A stretch of DNA of 64,000 nucleotides from Lytechinus pictus (taxonomy: Eukaryota): NCBI RefSeq assembly GCF_037042905.1, contig NC_087246.1, forward strand, positions 744,001 through 808,000, given 5' to 3'. A program made the position numbers and the translations under genes. How positions within the stretch are numbered: the first letter of the stretch is position 1; each line of letters opens with the position of its first letter. Positions 20,733 to 46,849 of this stretch are shown here, one piece after another. Under the pieces are notes generated by a model. It was not told where the DNA came from and did no database searches. It worked only from the letters and a program-made list of their open reading frames with translations.

Positions 20733-22925
20733 ATCGATACCAATGGCAAAAAGAGCAGACGAGATGTAGCCTTAGTCACATTTAGCATAATTTTCAAAAA
20801 GAAAAATTGTGACAAAGTTGCAAATATTGGGAAATTGATGAATTGGGAAATACATCTTTTCAAAATAATAGCACAGGTAACTTATGCATCATACTACTAA
20901 AACCATGAAGACTGGAGCATTAAATTGCTGAGAAAATTAAATTATGAATAATTCATTTCATGACTAAAATAAAAAAATCACATGCCGATGTTGAGATGGG
21001 TAACCCCGGGATATCTAATTTTAATAGTTTACGAAAAAGAAATCCATAACGGTTTTCTTTGTAAAATGATGATAATTATACAATATTTTATGACTGCAAA
21101 CATCAAAATATAGTTTAACATTAACTTTTTTAATCTTTGGTACCAAAACATACGATTTGACAAATTCTGTGCATAAATTAGAAATAGAATTTATCCAAAT
21201 ATTAATATGGGTCTGAAAATGACAAATACGAGTCCAGTTATGGATGGCCTGACGTGGAAGAATCTTTATCGTTTAAATTATTTTACTATTTCAAAATGAA
21301 TGGTTTTGTGGCGTTTTACCAACAATTTTTATAGTTTCTTTGTACTATATTTATCATTGAATGCATTATCTCACTTGTTTTGTAATGAATTTCAACCTCT
21401 ATGATTGATTACGTAAGATTATAATATTCAAATTTCTCAGCACTTTTACATGTCATAGGCTACCCACATGATGCCACTACGTCACTAAGAAAGAAGTTAT
21501 GACAGGTTCGGAGGTGTCATAAATATTTATTGAGGTTGTTGTACCCGATCATATTGGCAAAGAGGGCTTCGTGAAAACGGTTAGCGGACAAGTAGCTCAC
21601 TATCTCCGATTTAGTCAAGAAGTTAGACTTATAATGGTGTTTAGAAACTGGCCCTTGATAGCCAGTAGACCTCTTATGCAATTTTGATTGCTGAAGACTT
21701 GTTTGTAGCAATAAAGCCTTCATCTGATGCCATTTACTTGTTTTTCCCCTTAGTTTAAGTTACATCACACTGCGTCTATGAATTAGTAGATGACACAACC
21801 TCACAATGTGGCAAAACTTATTTGGCTGGCACAAAGGTGTTCAGAGAATTTGTTCTCAATTAGCAAAACTACTAGAGGAGGACACTGGTACAAAGGTCAC
21901 ACGAAAGAATGTGTTTTGTATTTTAAACCTCCTGACTCAGTTGTCAAACTTTGGTCCTCCTTTGAGCTAAGACATGACAAATCCCATGATATGAGTAAGA
22001 TGAAATAATTTTGTTTTTATTTATAATAACCACTGTAAATATATTATAATGTACTTGTAAATGTTTGCAAACTTGTATATTCATGCAAGTAAAGACAAGA
22101 CTACATAATATTTTGGGGGTAAATCAGACATATTACATATTTATTCGAAAAAATTTTATATGAAATTTTGTCATAAAAGATGATTGCACAATATTATTTT
22201 AGTAAGAATTATCCTTAACAAGTTATATATCATTGGAAATGTCTCACTTTAAAGAGTTGAAATATACCGGTACATGTTATTTTCCTATGCAGTGTAAAGT
22301 CTTTCTGATTCTAAGATTTATTGGGAAGTAAATTTTTCACATATATATTTTGACCTGTAACTTCTTGTGACACTACCCTATGCCTCTTCTAATTGCATTT
22401 TTGAAGTCTTCAGACAATTTCCTTTCATAAAATATATACTTTTATGGGTGTAGGATGTCAAACATAAGAAAAATATTCAGTTGAATCAAACGGTCTGATT
22501 TGGGGGGAAATTTGAGTTGTAAGTAACGGAAATGGGCCCAACTCAAAACGCATGGCCATATCTGAAGCAATTTTATTTTCCACCAATAGGGCCTTCACAA
22601 AAAATGCTCAAAATTAAAAGTTTTTGAGTGCTCTTGTGAATAAAGAATATGATCCCCAAGTTACTACTTAATGGCTTTAAATCACCCGATTTTGAGACTG
22701 TTATTGTAACTTGCATTGGTATTTGAGATAAATTTCCCATTTTGTTATGCAAGATCTTTGTTGTTCTATCCATGGTAATGGTACTGTCTTCCATCAAGTC
22801 CATTGTGGGCTGACATCTCCAGTGATCACCAACAAAGTTGTGAATGTCTGTCACAATCCTGAATCATCTATTAAAAAGTATTAATTCATCTTATTTTATC
22901 TCCTTTTCAAATATTTCCAGTGACA

Positions 22926-36356
<13,431 letters not shown>

Positions 36357-38227
36357 CAGTGATATAATGAGAAATGAAGTTCTTTAGTGATACTGGTCTT
36401 TTGGACATACTATCATTGTGATCAAGGTCATACCTATGGTCTGTGGATGGCATGGATAATCATTGTTTCTGGACAACTCATTCAAACTTCAGAACATCAA
36501 ACCTTTAGAAATGAAAGAGAAAATAATGTTGATTTCTGATACACCATATCTACCTATGGATGCTTTTCCATGCAGACTTGAAATATTCAGTTATTATTGA
36601 TTATTAGTGATTATTCATCACCATGCGACTGACATGTGACAGAGGTGGAACCCACTTATAGATTACACCTGTTCTAGTGCTTCTTTTCACCTTAAGAATT
36701 GTGATATATATCCCCAGTTTTCCAAATACAGACAATGGAAAAACATGGACTTAATATCAACCCCCCCCCCAAAAAAAAAAAAAAAATAGGCAATCAGTGG
36801 AAAATGTGCCCATCAAACCTATTTGTAGTGTATAGCACCTGTGTGCCAAGCTTTTTCGACTGCTGTGCATGAATGGAATGGACCTTTTTTTTCTTAGACT
36901 CCTTTATTTGCAATTATTTATTATATTTTTATATTTAATATGTCTTAGAACAACACAGAATTCAATGTTTGTTGCATCAAATTTCAGAATTTGCATTTTT
37001 TTTCTTGTATGATATATTGGTACATGTACATATGGAATGTTTTATGCTATGATAACATATCATGTATTACAATAATTATTTTTGTATTATAAAATAGATT
37101 CCCCCCTTTTTTTTTCTCTCTCTCTCACAGACACATTCTCTCTCCCCCCCCCCCCCCTCTCCATCACTTTAGATGTAACTTGTGAAGAAATATAATAATT
37201 TTCAAATGAAGAAAGATGTGCAGTTCATTCTAATCTATAAATGTATTATTTTAGGCAGAAAAATAATTAGAATGAACTGCTAATCTTTCTTTAATTTGAT
37301 AATTATATTTTCTTCATATATATATATATATATATATGAAGAAATATAATAATTTTCAAATTAAAAAAAGATGTGCAGTTCATTCTAATCTATAAATGTA
37401 TTATTTTAGGCAGAAAAATAATATGTATATATATCAGTTTCCGGTGACTAGTCTGACCCTAATAAAACAGGTGCAACTCATTAAATTTTATGGCAAAAGA
37501 ACTAAGATGAAATACTGTATATTTTCGTCTGCCTGTGTTAAAGTAGCTTACTGGAAAACTGATGTTTTACTTTACACGTTGACTTATTAAATCTAAAGTT
37601 CTATCTAGAGATCACTGAATGAAAGCATAAACAATCATCTCCCTTTCATGGCTGTATATATTACTACTTCATATATACTGAAAATTCCACTTTTATTCTG
37701 TCATCGGAAATGAAATAATTAAATTTCACGATGGGATAAAAAATATTGTTTTTCCTACCTTACCACCCAATTTATTTTGAACAAAGTTACTGGAAACCAA
37801 CATATTTAGTTTGGCACAAATATCCACATATAGTGTAATTGTTTTACCCCATTGTCTATCTACTATGATAGTAATTTTTCATGTACTAAATGCATAACTA
37901 AAGGATGATTTAGAACTGTGCGTAGTCTGATTCTCCATGTTTTAAACTTGAAATAGTGAAAGCATTGTATATATATTCCTAAGTAATATTTCAAATGGGT
38001 TTATATCGTGTACAGGAGCTCTTGGTCCAGAATGTTCCATGCTTCTTTTTTTTTTTTTTTTTTCAGGGCACTTGTATAATATGAAGAGCTTTATATATTT
38101 GTAGTAAGCATTATATTAATAATACATGTTATTATCATCATTATGGAGGTGTACCTCCATGATATTTTCATCATTATTTGAATGGATTCTACTAAAGGTA
38201 TTTTATTTCTTAATTAATGTAAGTTTG

Positions 38228-38737
38228 AAAGGTAAAGCTCGCCCTGACAAATAGATTATTGTAAAAATAGCAGAAGAAATAGTTTTTAAAAAATATGGGA
38301 AGGTTTGAAGAAAAGCCATCTTAGATTTAAAAGTTATTAGAATTTGATTTTTTTTATTTGTGGTGTCATATGCTAGCAGTTAGTAACCATAAATTGTCTT
38401 GTAAAACATCAATGAAATGTAATTTTCTCAAAAACTTGAAACTGGTTTTTATTGTAACATCAGTATATCGACATACATATTATCTCATCCCAGCCCTCAA
38501 AAGAAAAAAAACATTAGTTATCATGAACCTTAAAAACTATCAAAATTTATGCACTATGTAAATGTATTACAGGCAGCTGCTTGTATACGACTTCACAAAT
38601 AGAAAAAGAAACTTCAAATTCTAATAAGTTTATTATTCTTTGATGGATTTTCCACTTACCTACAATCAATATTTTCTATTATTTTTCTGATATTTTTAGG
38701 ACAACAAACATTTCTTCAGGGTGAACTTCCCCTTTAA
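38228..38737. mobile_element. Degenerate Kolobok-like MITE
   Basis: Imperfect TIRs AAAGGTAAAGCTCGCCCTGA and TCAGGGTGAACTTCCCCTTTAA. Confidence 0.5.
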
Positions 38738-38984
38738 AGTTTTATAATATTGAAATCTTGCATCATTCTCTTATTGTATTATGGTTGGTAAATACTTTGT
38801 GTATAGTAAATTTATAATCTCTTTAAACTTCTACATATTTTTTCTATGATTATTTGTTGTCTCAAATCTTTTCAAGGGGCCAAAAAGTATACTGTAGGCT
38901 ATGCAAAAGTTGACCTTCCATAAGTCGAATAATACCCAACAATCAGACCAGTATATGCAAAATATGTGTGAATAACATGTTAGC

Positions 38985-39193
38985 ATTGAGTAGACGAAAT
39001 AACCAGTTGTCTCACGATGTATCAAACATAGTTGGAAAGGGACGTTTCGTCTGCAAGCTGCTAGACTTCGTCAGGCAATGAGCAAAGATGCAACTGTCAT
39101 TGCCTGAAGAAGTCTAGCAGCTTGCAGACGAAACGTCGCTTTCCATCTACGTTTGATACATCGAGAGACAACTGGTTATTTCTTCTACTCAAT
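38985..39193. mobile_element. Inverted Penelope-like terminal repeats with a minimal hammerhead core
   Basis: ~97-bp inverted arms around a 15-bp spacer; CTGAAGA-stem-GAAAC at 39104-39134. Confidence 0.65.
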
Positions 39194-42100
39194 CCTTCAC
39201 CACGATGAACCTCTTAGCAGTTGAATTTCAGCCAAGTCAAATAGATATGTGGTTACAAGAGATATGATTTAGGGTGAGTAACCTGTATTTATTGTTTTAA
39301 GCAGACTAATACAAGCTGGAATAGTCGGTATCATTATAGTACTCATGTAGTATTTCATGATAAAATTGTATAAATTTATTCAAAATTTTTACTTCAAAAA
39401 CCAAAAATATTGGAATAAAAGTGATTAAATGAATGAGATATTCATTGCTGCAATTTATTTCATTATAAGGGCGACATATCATTTACACATGTATGAAAAA
39501 ATGAAAGAATTATGATTTCATGTAATAACATAAGAAAAAGGAAAGTGGGGATGTGACTCCAGCCCTTCTAATGAATATTCATGACGACGTGCATATAACT
39601 GTTTTCACAATATATTGCTAAACTTTAAAATTCAATAACTTTGCGATCAGATTTTGATGAAATTTTCAGCATTTTGCTCTGTGAATTTTACTCTTAATTC
39701 ATTCAGCTCAGAGCATCCAATCAAGTATAATTCTAAATCAGGGCCACAGAAATCAATTGAGAGCATAGATGTGAATTCAGGTTGCCTGGTTGACAATCCA
39801 AAACACTGACCAGTACGAAGGTCTAACTCTGAGCTAAAATTATGGGGAGCCCAAAATTTCTAATGTTTACTATCTCGTTTCCTTTTGCTTTCATAATGAA
39901 GAAAAATACTTTAAAATACTTCAGTTATCATTCCCAGACAATTTGGGTGTCATATGAGTTAATAAATTAGATGTGTACCCTTAGGGTATTTGTGCCCTTA
40001 TTTGCTCTCCATAGTCAAATAACTTTAAACCAGGGTTTAATTTAAACCCGAGTTAAGAATACTGGCCACGATGGCCGGTGGCCGATGCCCAGGTAACATC
40101 CCGGATGCGGCAGCAGCGGCACAGCTGATTGATGTAAACAAAAGAGTTGGATTTCAAAGCGGTATGGGTCGAGCGCGCGTTGTGCTACCACCAGAACGTG
40201 TGCAGGTAATGCTGCGGGCAGACATAGGACAAAGGTTACGGGCACCAGTCAACGGTGGTCCCGAATCGACAGGATTGCCTTTTTCCAGTTTGGGGGTATT
40301 TAAAATCATCCGTTTGAGACTATTCAAGAGGGTACCACTGAATATCAGTCCTTTATCGGGAGACCTTGTCCTTCTCCAGTCTTGGATAGTTGTTTCATCG
40401 AAATTCTCGCCTGGACTCCCTGTGCCTGGCTGTGGTTGTGCTGTGCTGTGTTTGTTGTGATCCGGATGCATTGAGCTGTACGGTATGGCTTGCCTCGGAA
40501 TCGGAGAAATACAATAGCCATTATTGACACAGACATTGACTGTAGATCCCTACCTAGTTCTTCTACATCGTAGAAGTGAATTGAAGCGTTAAAATTCATT
40601 TACTTTGAATGAAGCATGCCCTAGGCCTTTTAAGCAGCCATACATTAAATCGTCCTAAAATAATGAGATCTGAATGATTGGATAATGACATGACACTGCA
40701 CTTGACTTGAATGTTTGAAATGAACATTGAATCTACTACTACTACAAATAGTGGCATCGAGACTCCATCTTTTTGAATGTTTGTGAGCAAGATCTCACAG
40801 TTTAATCTTGGACTGTACCCTTGATTATACCCTTAATTAATCTTAGTATTCTTCAGTGATTTTCTGCAAACAGTGATCTGAGGAAACAAAGACTAAAAAG
40901 TAAAGCACTAGATCTACGGAAGACCAGTTTGCAGAAAGATAACAATGGCTGAATACGAGTGGTAAGTTTATATTCAAGGAGTGGTCTAGAATCAATGGGA
41001 GCTACATGTCGGTTTAGGTTAGGGGGTAATTCTTAAGCTACCTTAAATTCTGAGCTACATCTTCCTGCTGGAATCTCACTCAGTTTTCAATCATTAAAAA
41101 AAAAAAATTGGAATACAGTAGAGATGGAAAAAAAATACAGCAGAGACTTAAGTTAAGGTTTTGTCGTATGTATCGTAGCCTAGATATGGTGAGGGAAAGA
41201 GATGAGGGTGGGTGAGATGATCAAGAGAAGAGAGGTTCAGAGGAGGAGAAGGAAAGATGGAAGAGAATACCTACCATTACCTTTTCTCTAGAGGCTTGAA
41301 TCAACTTGAGCCTTACATTATAGATAAATTCAATATTCAAACATTTTCTTTGCATTTAAAAAGCAAAAATGGATGTTGATAGTGAAAATTTTGTACTATT
41401 TCTTTTTCAATGGCAGTCATTTAAAGTCATTGTTCCAAATGTCCCCTCACTTTGAATGAGGAAACAATCTTGTCTTCAGTCTTCATGAGGGATTCAAACA
41501 TGTGACCCTAGCTGAATATACTAATGATGGCTTTGTCATGGTCAGCTAAGGGCAGTTTTTCATTTAGGGTTTTAACCACCAGAAAAAAATGCTTTCATTT
41601 CAGAGAAGGAACATTAACAACATAGTAATTTGAAGTGACCTCACTACTTGAGCCTGTAGGTATTTTCCTTGCAAGTCATTTATCATTGCAAACAACTTTG
41701 AATCATTTATCATTGCAAAATTTGAATCATTCCTTTACTTAACCTGTGGTGTACTTCAAGAAACTCATCAGGAGTTGGAGGCAAACATTTTCTGACAATT
41801 AAAAAAAAAAAGGTGTCACTTTTACAGGACTGCTTTCCGAATAAAATTGTCTTGATAAGTTAAAAAAAAAGGGTTTTCAATTCAAAATTCTGTTACTTAG
41901 GGGTCACTCTGCCTCTCCTATCCCTCCCATCAGGTATATCCTTAACAGTTTAATTATCTTCTCCATGTTTTTTTTTTCATGATGATAACAGTCTAAACCT
42001 TTCCAAACCATTATTCAAATTCAAACCTAAGATAGTATTATGCTTACTTTAAATAATGCAATATAAATATTCGCAGTGTTTCAGTTTGTATACCTGTACA

Positions 42101-42657
42101 TCTATCTATGAAGTGCAAACTGCTTTGAAAACAGTATTACAGGTATGTAGCTGTAAATGGCATCTGTTTTAGAATTTCACCTGTTAAAAAAGTTTCTTAT
42201 GATGGCACAAAGGCAAGATTTGTATTCCGTCAGAATTTGTATTGGGGTTCCTATTGTATTGGGGTGCTGCACTCAACCCAGGTGAAGTGAATGGGTACCC
42301 AGTAGGAAGAAATTCCTTGAATGCTTTGAGTGCCTAGGCAGCCCAGCTAAAGCCGGGGTAATAATAATAGCAGGGCCCACTGGGAGAACAGTTTTCATTA
42401 CTGAAGTGGCTTCCCTGGGTAAATATACCTACCGGTATATTATTATTATTATTATTGTATGCACATGTAGCATCCAAATTTGACCTCTATTAAATTATTT
42501 TATTCTTTCTTTCATTGTTAAGACTCTTGTAGTTTTACAGAATAGTTGTTTTTAAGGTTCTATTTACTCATTTATTTGTAATCACCTAAGTGACCTGACT
42601 GTCTACATGTATGCCCTCAAGGAATCTAGAAAGGGTTCCTCAGTATGATTTACTACC

Positions 42658-42847
42658 AGGTGGGTGTTTCATAAAGCTGTTCGTAAGTTAAGACAACTTT
42701 AAGAACAACTGATGAACCATTCTTGTGGTAAATAAATATACACCAAAATGTTCATTGGCGATGGTATAACGCGTAAGAATAGTTTGAACCAGTCGTTCTT
42801 AAAGTTGCTTTTTGAACTTATGAACAACTTTATGAAACGGCCCCCTG
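42658..42847. mobile_element. Short MITE (related copy at ~32940-33098)
   Basis: TIRs GTTTCATAAAGCTGTTCGTAAGTT and AACTTATGAACAACTTTATGAAAC. Confidence 0.65.
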
Positions 42848-45800
42848 ATCTTCCAAGAACTGATGAGTCTATTAATTATTAATAAATTACCTTTTGTATA
42901 CATTACATGTAGTCAACTGCTGGAAAACCTAAATAAACTATACGATGTCATTAGCCATACTCAGAATAGACAAAGTGAAGATTAGACCCCAAATACAATG
43001 TACATTCAATAGATGGGGTTTTACATGTAGACGTTATTTTACAAATATTGAACAGCGCCTACTTAGCTTGTTGTACGCAAGCAAATGAGATGCTGAATGT
43101 CAAACATCACACAATATAAATATATTGACTGCTATGAGAGGCATGGTTGTTTCTAGAGGCTCAAGGGAACCGCAACACAACTATGCCAGAGGGCATGGTC
43201 TGGCCGATGCGGTACCCAGGAGCAGAAAGAAACAACCATGTCTCGAATATCAAAGCAGTCAATATATATATTTTATGAACTGAATTAATAACAAGTCTTC
43301 CCCAAAATATTCTACATTTAGATCTAAATCTAGAGTCTTAACGTTTATAGATTATTCTAGGTCCTAAACAAGTTAGCCCAGCTAGCTAGGCCTAACGTTA
43401 ACGTTAGGTCTATAATATCAAAGCAGTCTGTACGGTAAGTTACAATTGGATATTTTCTGAACCAAATTGATAATAGATCTCCAAGTCTAACTTCTCCAAA
43501 ATAGATTCTAGATATAAATCTAGAGTTTTAACATTTCAATTCTAGATTACTCTAGGCCCTAAAATAAGTTAGGCCTAACTTTAGGTCTAGAAAATCAAAA
43601 CAGTCCACAGACCATACCGGTACGTTTATATTTTATGAACCGAATTGATATTAGTTTCTAACGTTAAGTAAGTCTAATTTCTCTAAAATAGTCTAAAGTT
43701 AGATCTAGATCTACGTCAGATCTAAGATAAGCTGAAGAGCTAACGATCTAGATCTATAACAAGTTGGGCCTAATTTTACATTAGACCCTCTGTCTCTGAC
43801 TTTATTTATAACGTAGACCCAGGCCTAATGTTACAGTAGTTAGCCTAGACTCGTTACATTAGCTAACTGGACTCATCTTTTGCAGGCAAATAACATCAGC
43901 AAAGGCAAGGCCTGAATGACATTCATCAGGACTCATGTCTGTAATGAATTGCCTTCCGATTCTTTTCTTTAATGTCGATTTTTAAAGAATACTCAATAAA
44001 ATGTTGGGGATAGAACAAGCCAAAACCAAGCATCCATATTTCATCATCGATATGATATATCCATTGCGTGCACATGCGCGTAAATGCACGAGTTGCCTAA
44101 AATTATCGATTAAATCGCGCTCATATAACCCGGTATCTGCAATGACCGCAGAAAGCAACATTTTTCACGCAATCAAATGGGGATCTCGGTCAAATTTTGC
44201 TATGCCCGTTTTATGGGGCGGGTCAGGGGGCAACGGGCAGAAACCTTGTTAACTATCTGTCCATTATGCCCGTTTCCCATGGTAACCACCTTAGTTTTTT
44301 GTTTTTGCAGGCATGGTAAAATATATGACCCCATTTTTGACCAATCAGAGGAACAGATTATTCAACATTCTTAGGGAGAGGTTTATAATTTATTACACAG
44401 TAAATAAGTTCAAAGTGCAAAATTAATAGCCCTGCTTACCAGCTAAATGTGCATTATTACTGCAGATCAGATGCACGTTTGAGGGGTTTTGCTTCTTGCT
44501 CTCAATCATCTTTCTCATTTTCCTATATAAACATAGGGAAAATTTATTTTTTTTTGGTTATATTTTCTTTAACTTCTATAAAGGTGTTGTACAACACAAA
44601 AGTGAATATTCTTATTCGTACAATGACATAACTTTTCGCACTCGGTAAAAGAAAAAGGCACTCTATTCAACTTGGCTATATGCCTCGTTTAATAGAGGGT
44701 CTTTCTTTCACCTCATGCGAAATCTCATCCCACCGCCACACTCATGCCTATTCGCTAATTGTATAATGTGCAAAAATACATGTAATAATTTTTCTGCAGT
44801 AATGAGTTTAAAAGTGACCATTCAAACCTTCCCTGCTATAAATATGAATTCAGATCTAAGAGGTATATGTACATGTGTACCAGCACAAATGTTTATTTGA
44901 GTATTTTATAGACTGTATCATGAGGGATAATACTGTTATCTCTTTGTGGTATAAAGGAAATAAGAATACTACCATGTTAATTATTATCAATGATATTTAC
45001 AACAAGGTATGTGAGGGCTACTTGAGATTAGGAAAATAGTGTAACCTTTTGATTACCAGTGTTTTTCCCAGTTCAAATTGTAAGGGGGGGGGGGCTACAT
45101 GTAGTTTTCCAGTTAGTGCATAAAAAAGCTGTTATTTTTGCATACAGAATTTTTCACGAATTGCTTGGGTCCAGACATTTTTTCGGGTTGTTGAATTCGC
45201 GATCAGAAGATGTACCAAACACTTTCACAGCTATAGCTATACAAAAATAGTGCGAAACATGTGCAAAAATACACTCCTCAAAAACCCCATGCTGATGTGT
45301 CTTTTGTACATAAATAAGTCCCTGTAAAAAAACAGTTACAATGTGTGAGAAAAGTGTCTTGAATTTCACTTTTTTTTTACCTTTAGATCTGAAAATTTGT
45401 CATGTCACAGTTTGATCTGTCAGCTTAATCTTTGGAAGTTGTGTTTTTTTATTAGATTCATTTTTTTTAAAGTTGGTTTCAGTGCAAAAATGTTGAATTT
45501 TGTGAACAAAACCTCTGGTCATGTGACTTATGAATATAACGGAGTATGCAAATAGCTTCCAATATGTGTATAGAGTCAATCGGGTGACAATAAAATCAAA
45601 TTATTTTATGGAAAATTCATTGTAATATTGCAGTGAGTGAATACATATTGATTAACATATGTCAGGAAATGATTTAGGTTCTGATTTGTTTGAGAAATAA
45701 AAAAGTGAAAAGCTAGCCAACTTTTTGAATTACTAACCACACTTTTTCAAACTTATTTTTTGTATATAGGTGCTTATCTCCATATTTTCACCATACAGGA

Positions 45801-46266
45801 TGTTTGCAATAGCAAAGCTTTGCTGTTGGGGACATTGGCACCAATTACTAAATGTGTACTGTCAATATTTTCGCAAGTTGTTAAGTTCGCGGCCGATCGC
45901 AAAAATAACAGCTCATACAGTAATTGAGACTTTTCTCCATTATACATGTTTCTTTCTATCATTGAGAAATTAATATATTCACATTTATAAAGTTATAATT
46001 ACTTCCTCCTCATTGTTATGTGTTTTTTGTAACTTACCAATACAATCCAGTTATGGAGATAGATAACCCCCCCCCCCATTAAAGTTAATTATCGAGAGCG
46101 AAGTTGGTTCAGTCGCCACGGGCGGATGACTGAAGCTCGTGTTGTGTGTAAACGTCTCTCCCCTGTTCCATAGATGCCTATGTGACAGTGGAAAACACTC
46201 TGTCCCTCAGATAGGACGTTAAGTGGAGGCTCCATGTAGAGGAGAGTCACCACCTTTGCACGTTAA

Positions 46267-46849
46267 AGGAGAATGAAACCCTTGAAACTAGCTGAATCCA
46301 TATTAAAGAGAAAAATCAAAGAAACATATTGTTGAAAGTTTGAGGAAGATTGAATGAATAATAAGAAAGTTATGAGCATTTGAATATTGAGATCACTAGT
46401 GCCATGTAGATCCTCCCATCGGCAATGCGACCAAGATCTGTGATATCACACACGTACAACTCCCTCATTACTTTAGTACTTATTTCACTTATATTCTCAC
46501 TTTTATAGAGTCTATCACAAGGTTAGGTGTTTTCTTTATGAGATGACAAGTACAGAGGTTTCACAACATTATATCATTGATGAATCGTTTGTCATATGAT
46601 TAGAATGAGCAAAAAGAGATGTTTTGGGGTATATTTTCAGTGTCCGAATGGGAGAGTTGTACGTGTGTGACATCACAGATCTTGGTCGCATTGCCAATGG
46701 GAGGATCTCCATAGCATTAGTGATCTCGACATTCAAATGCTCATAACTCTTTTATTGCTAGTCCTATTTTACTCAAAGTTTTGTTGATCTTATTCTTTGA
46801 TTTTTCTGCTTTCATAAAAGCTAACTTGCTCCAAGAGTTTCATTCTCCT
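46267..46849. mobile_element. Kolobok-like MITE with TTAA duplication, nested in a SINE-like repeat (~46130-47030)
   Basis: TTAA-AGGAGAATGAAAC...GTTTCATTCTCCT-TTAA; inverted sister copy at 63288-63871. Confidence 0.8.
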
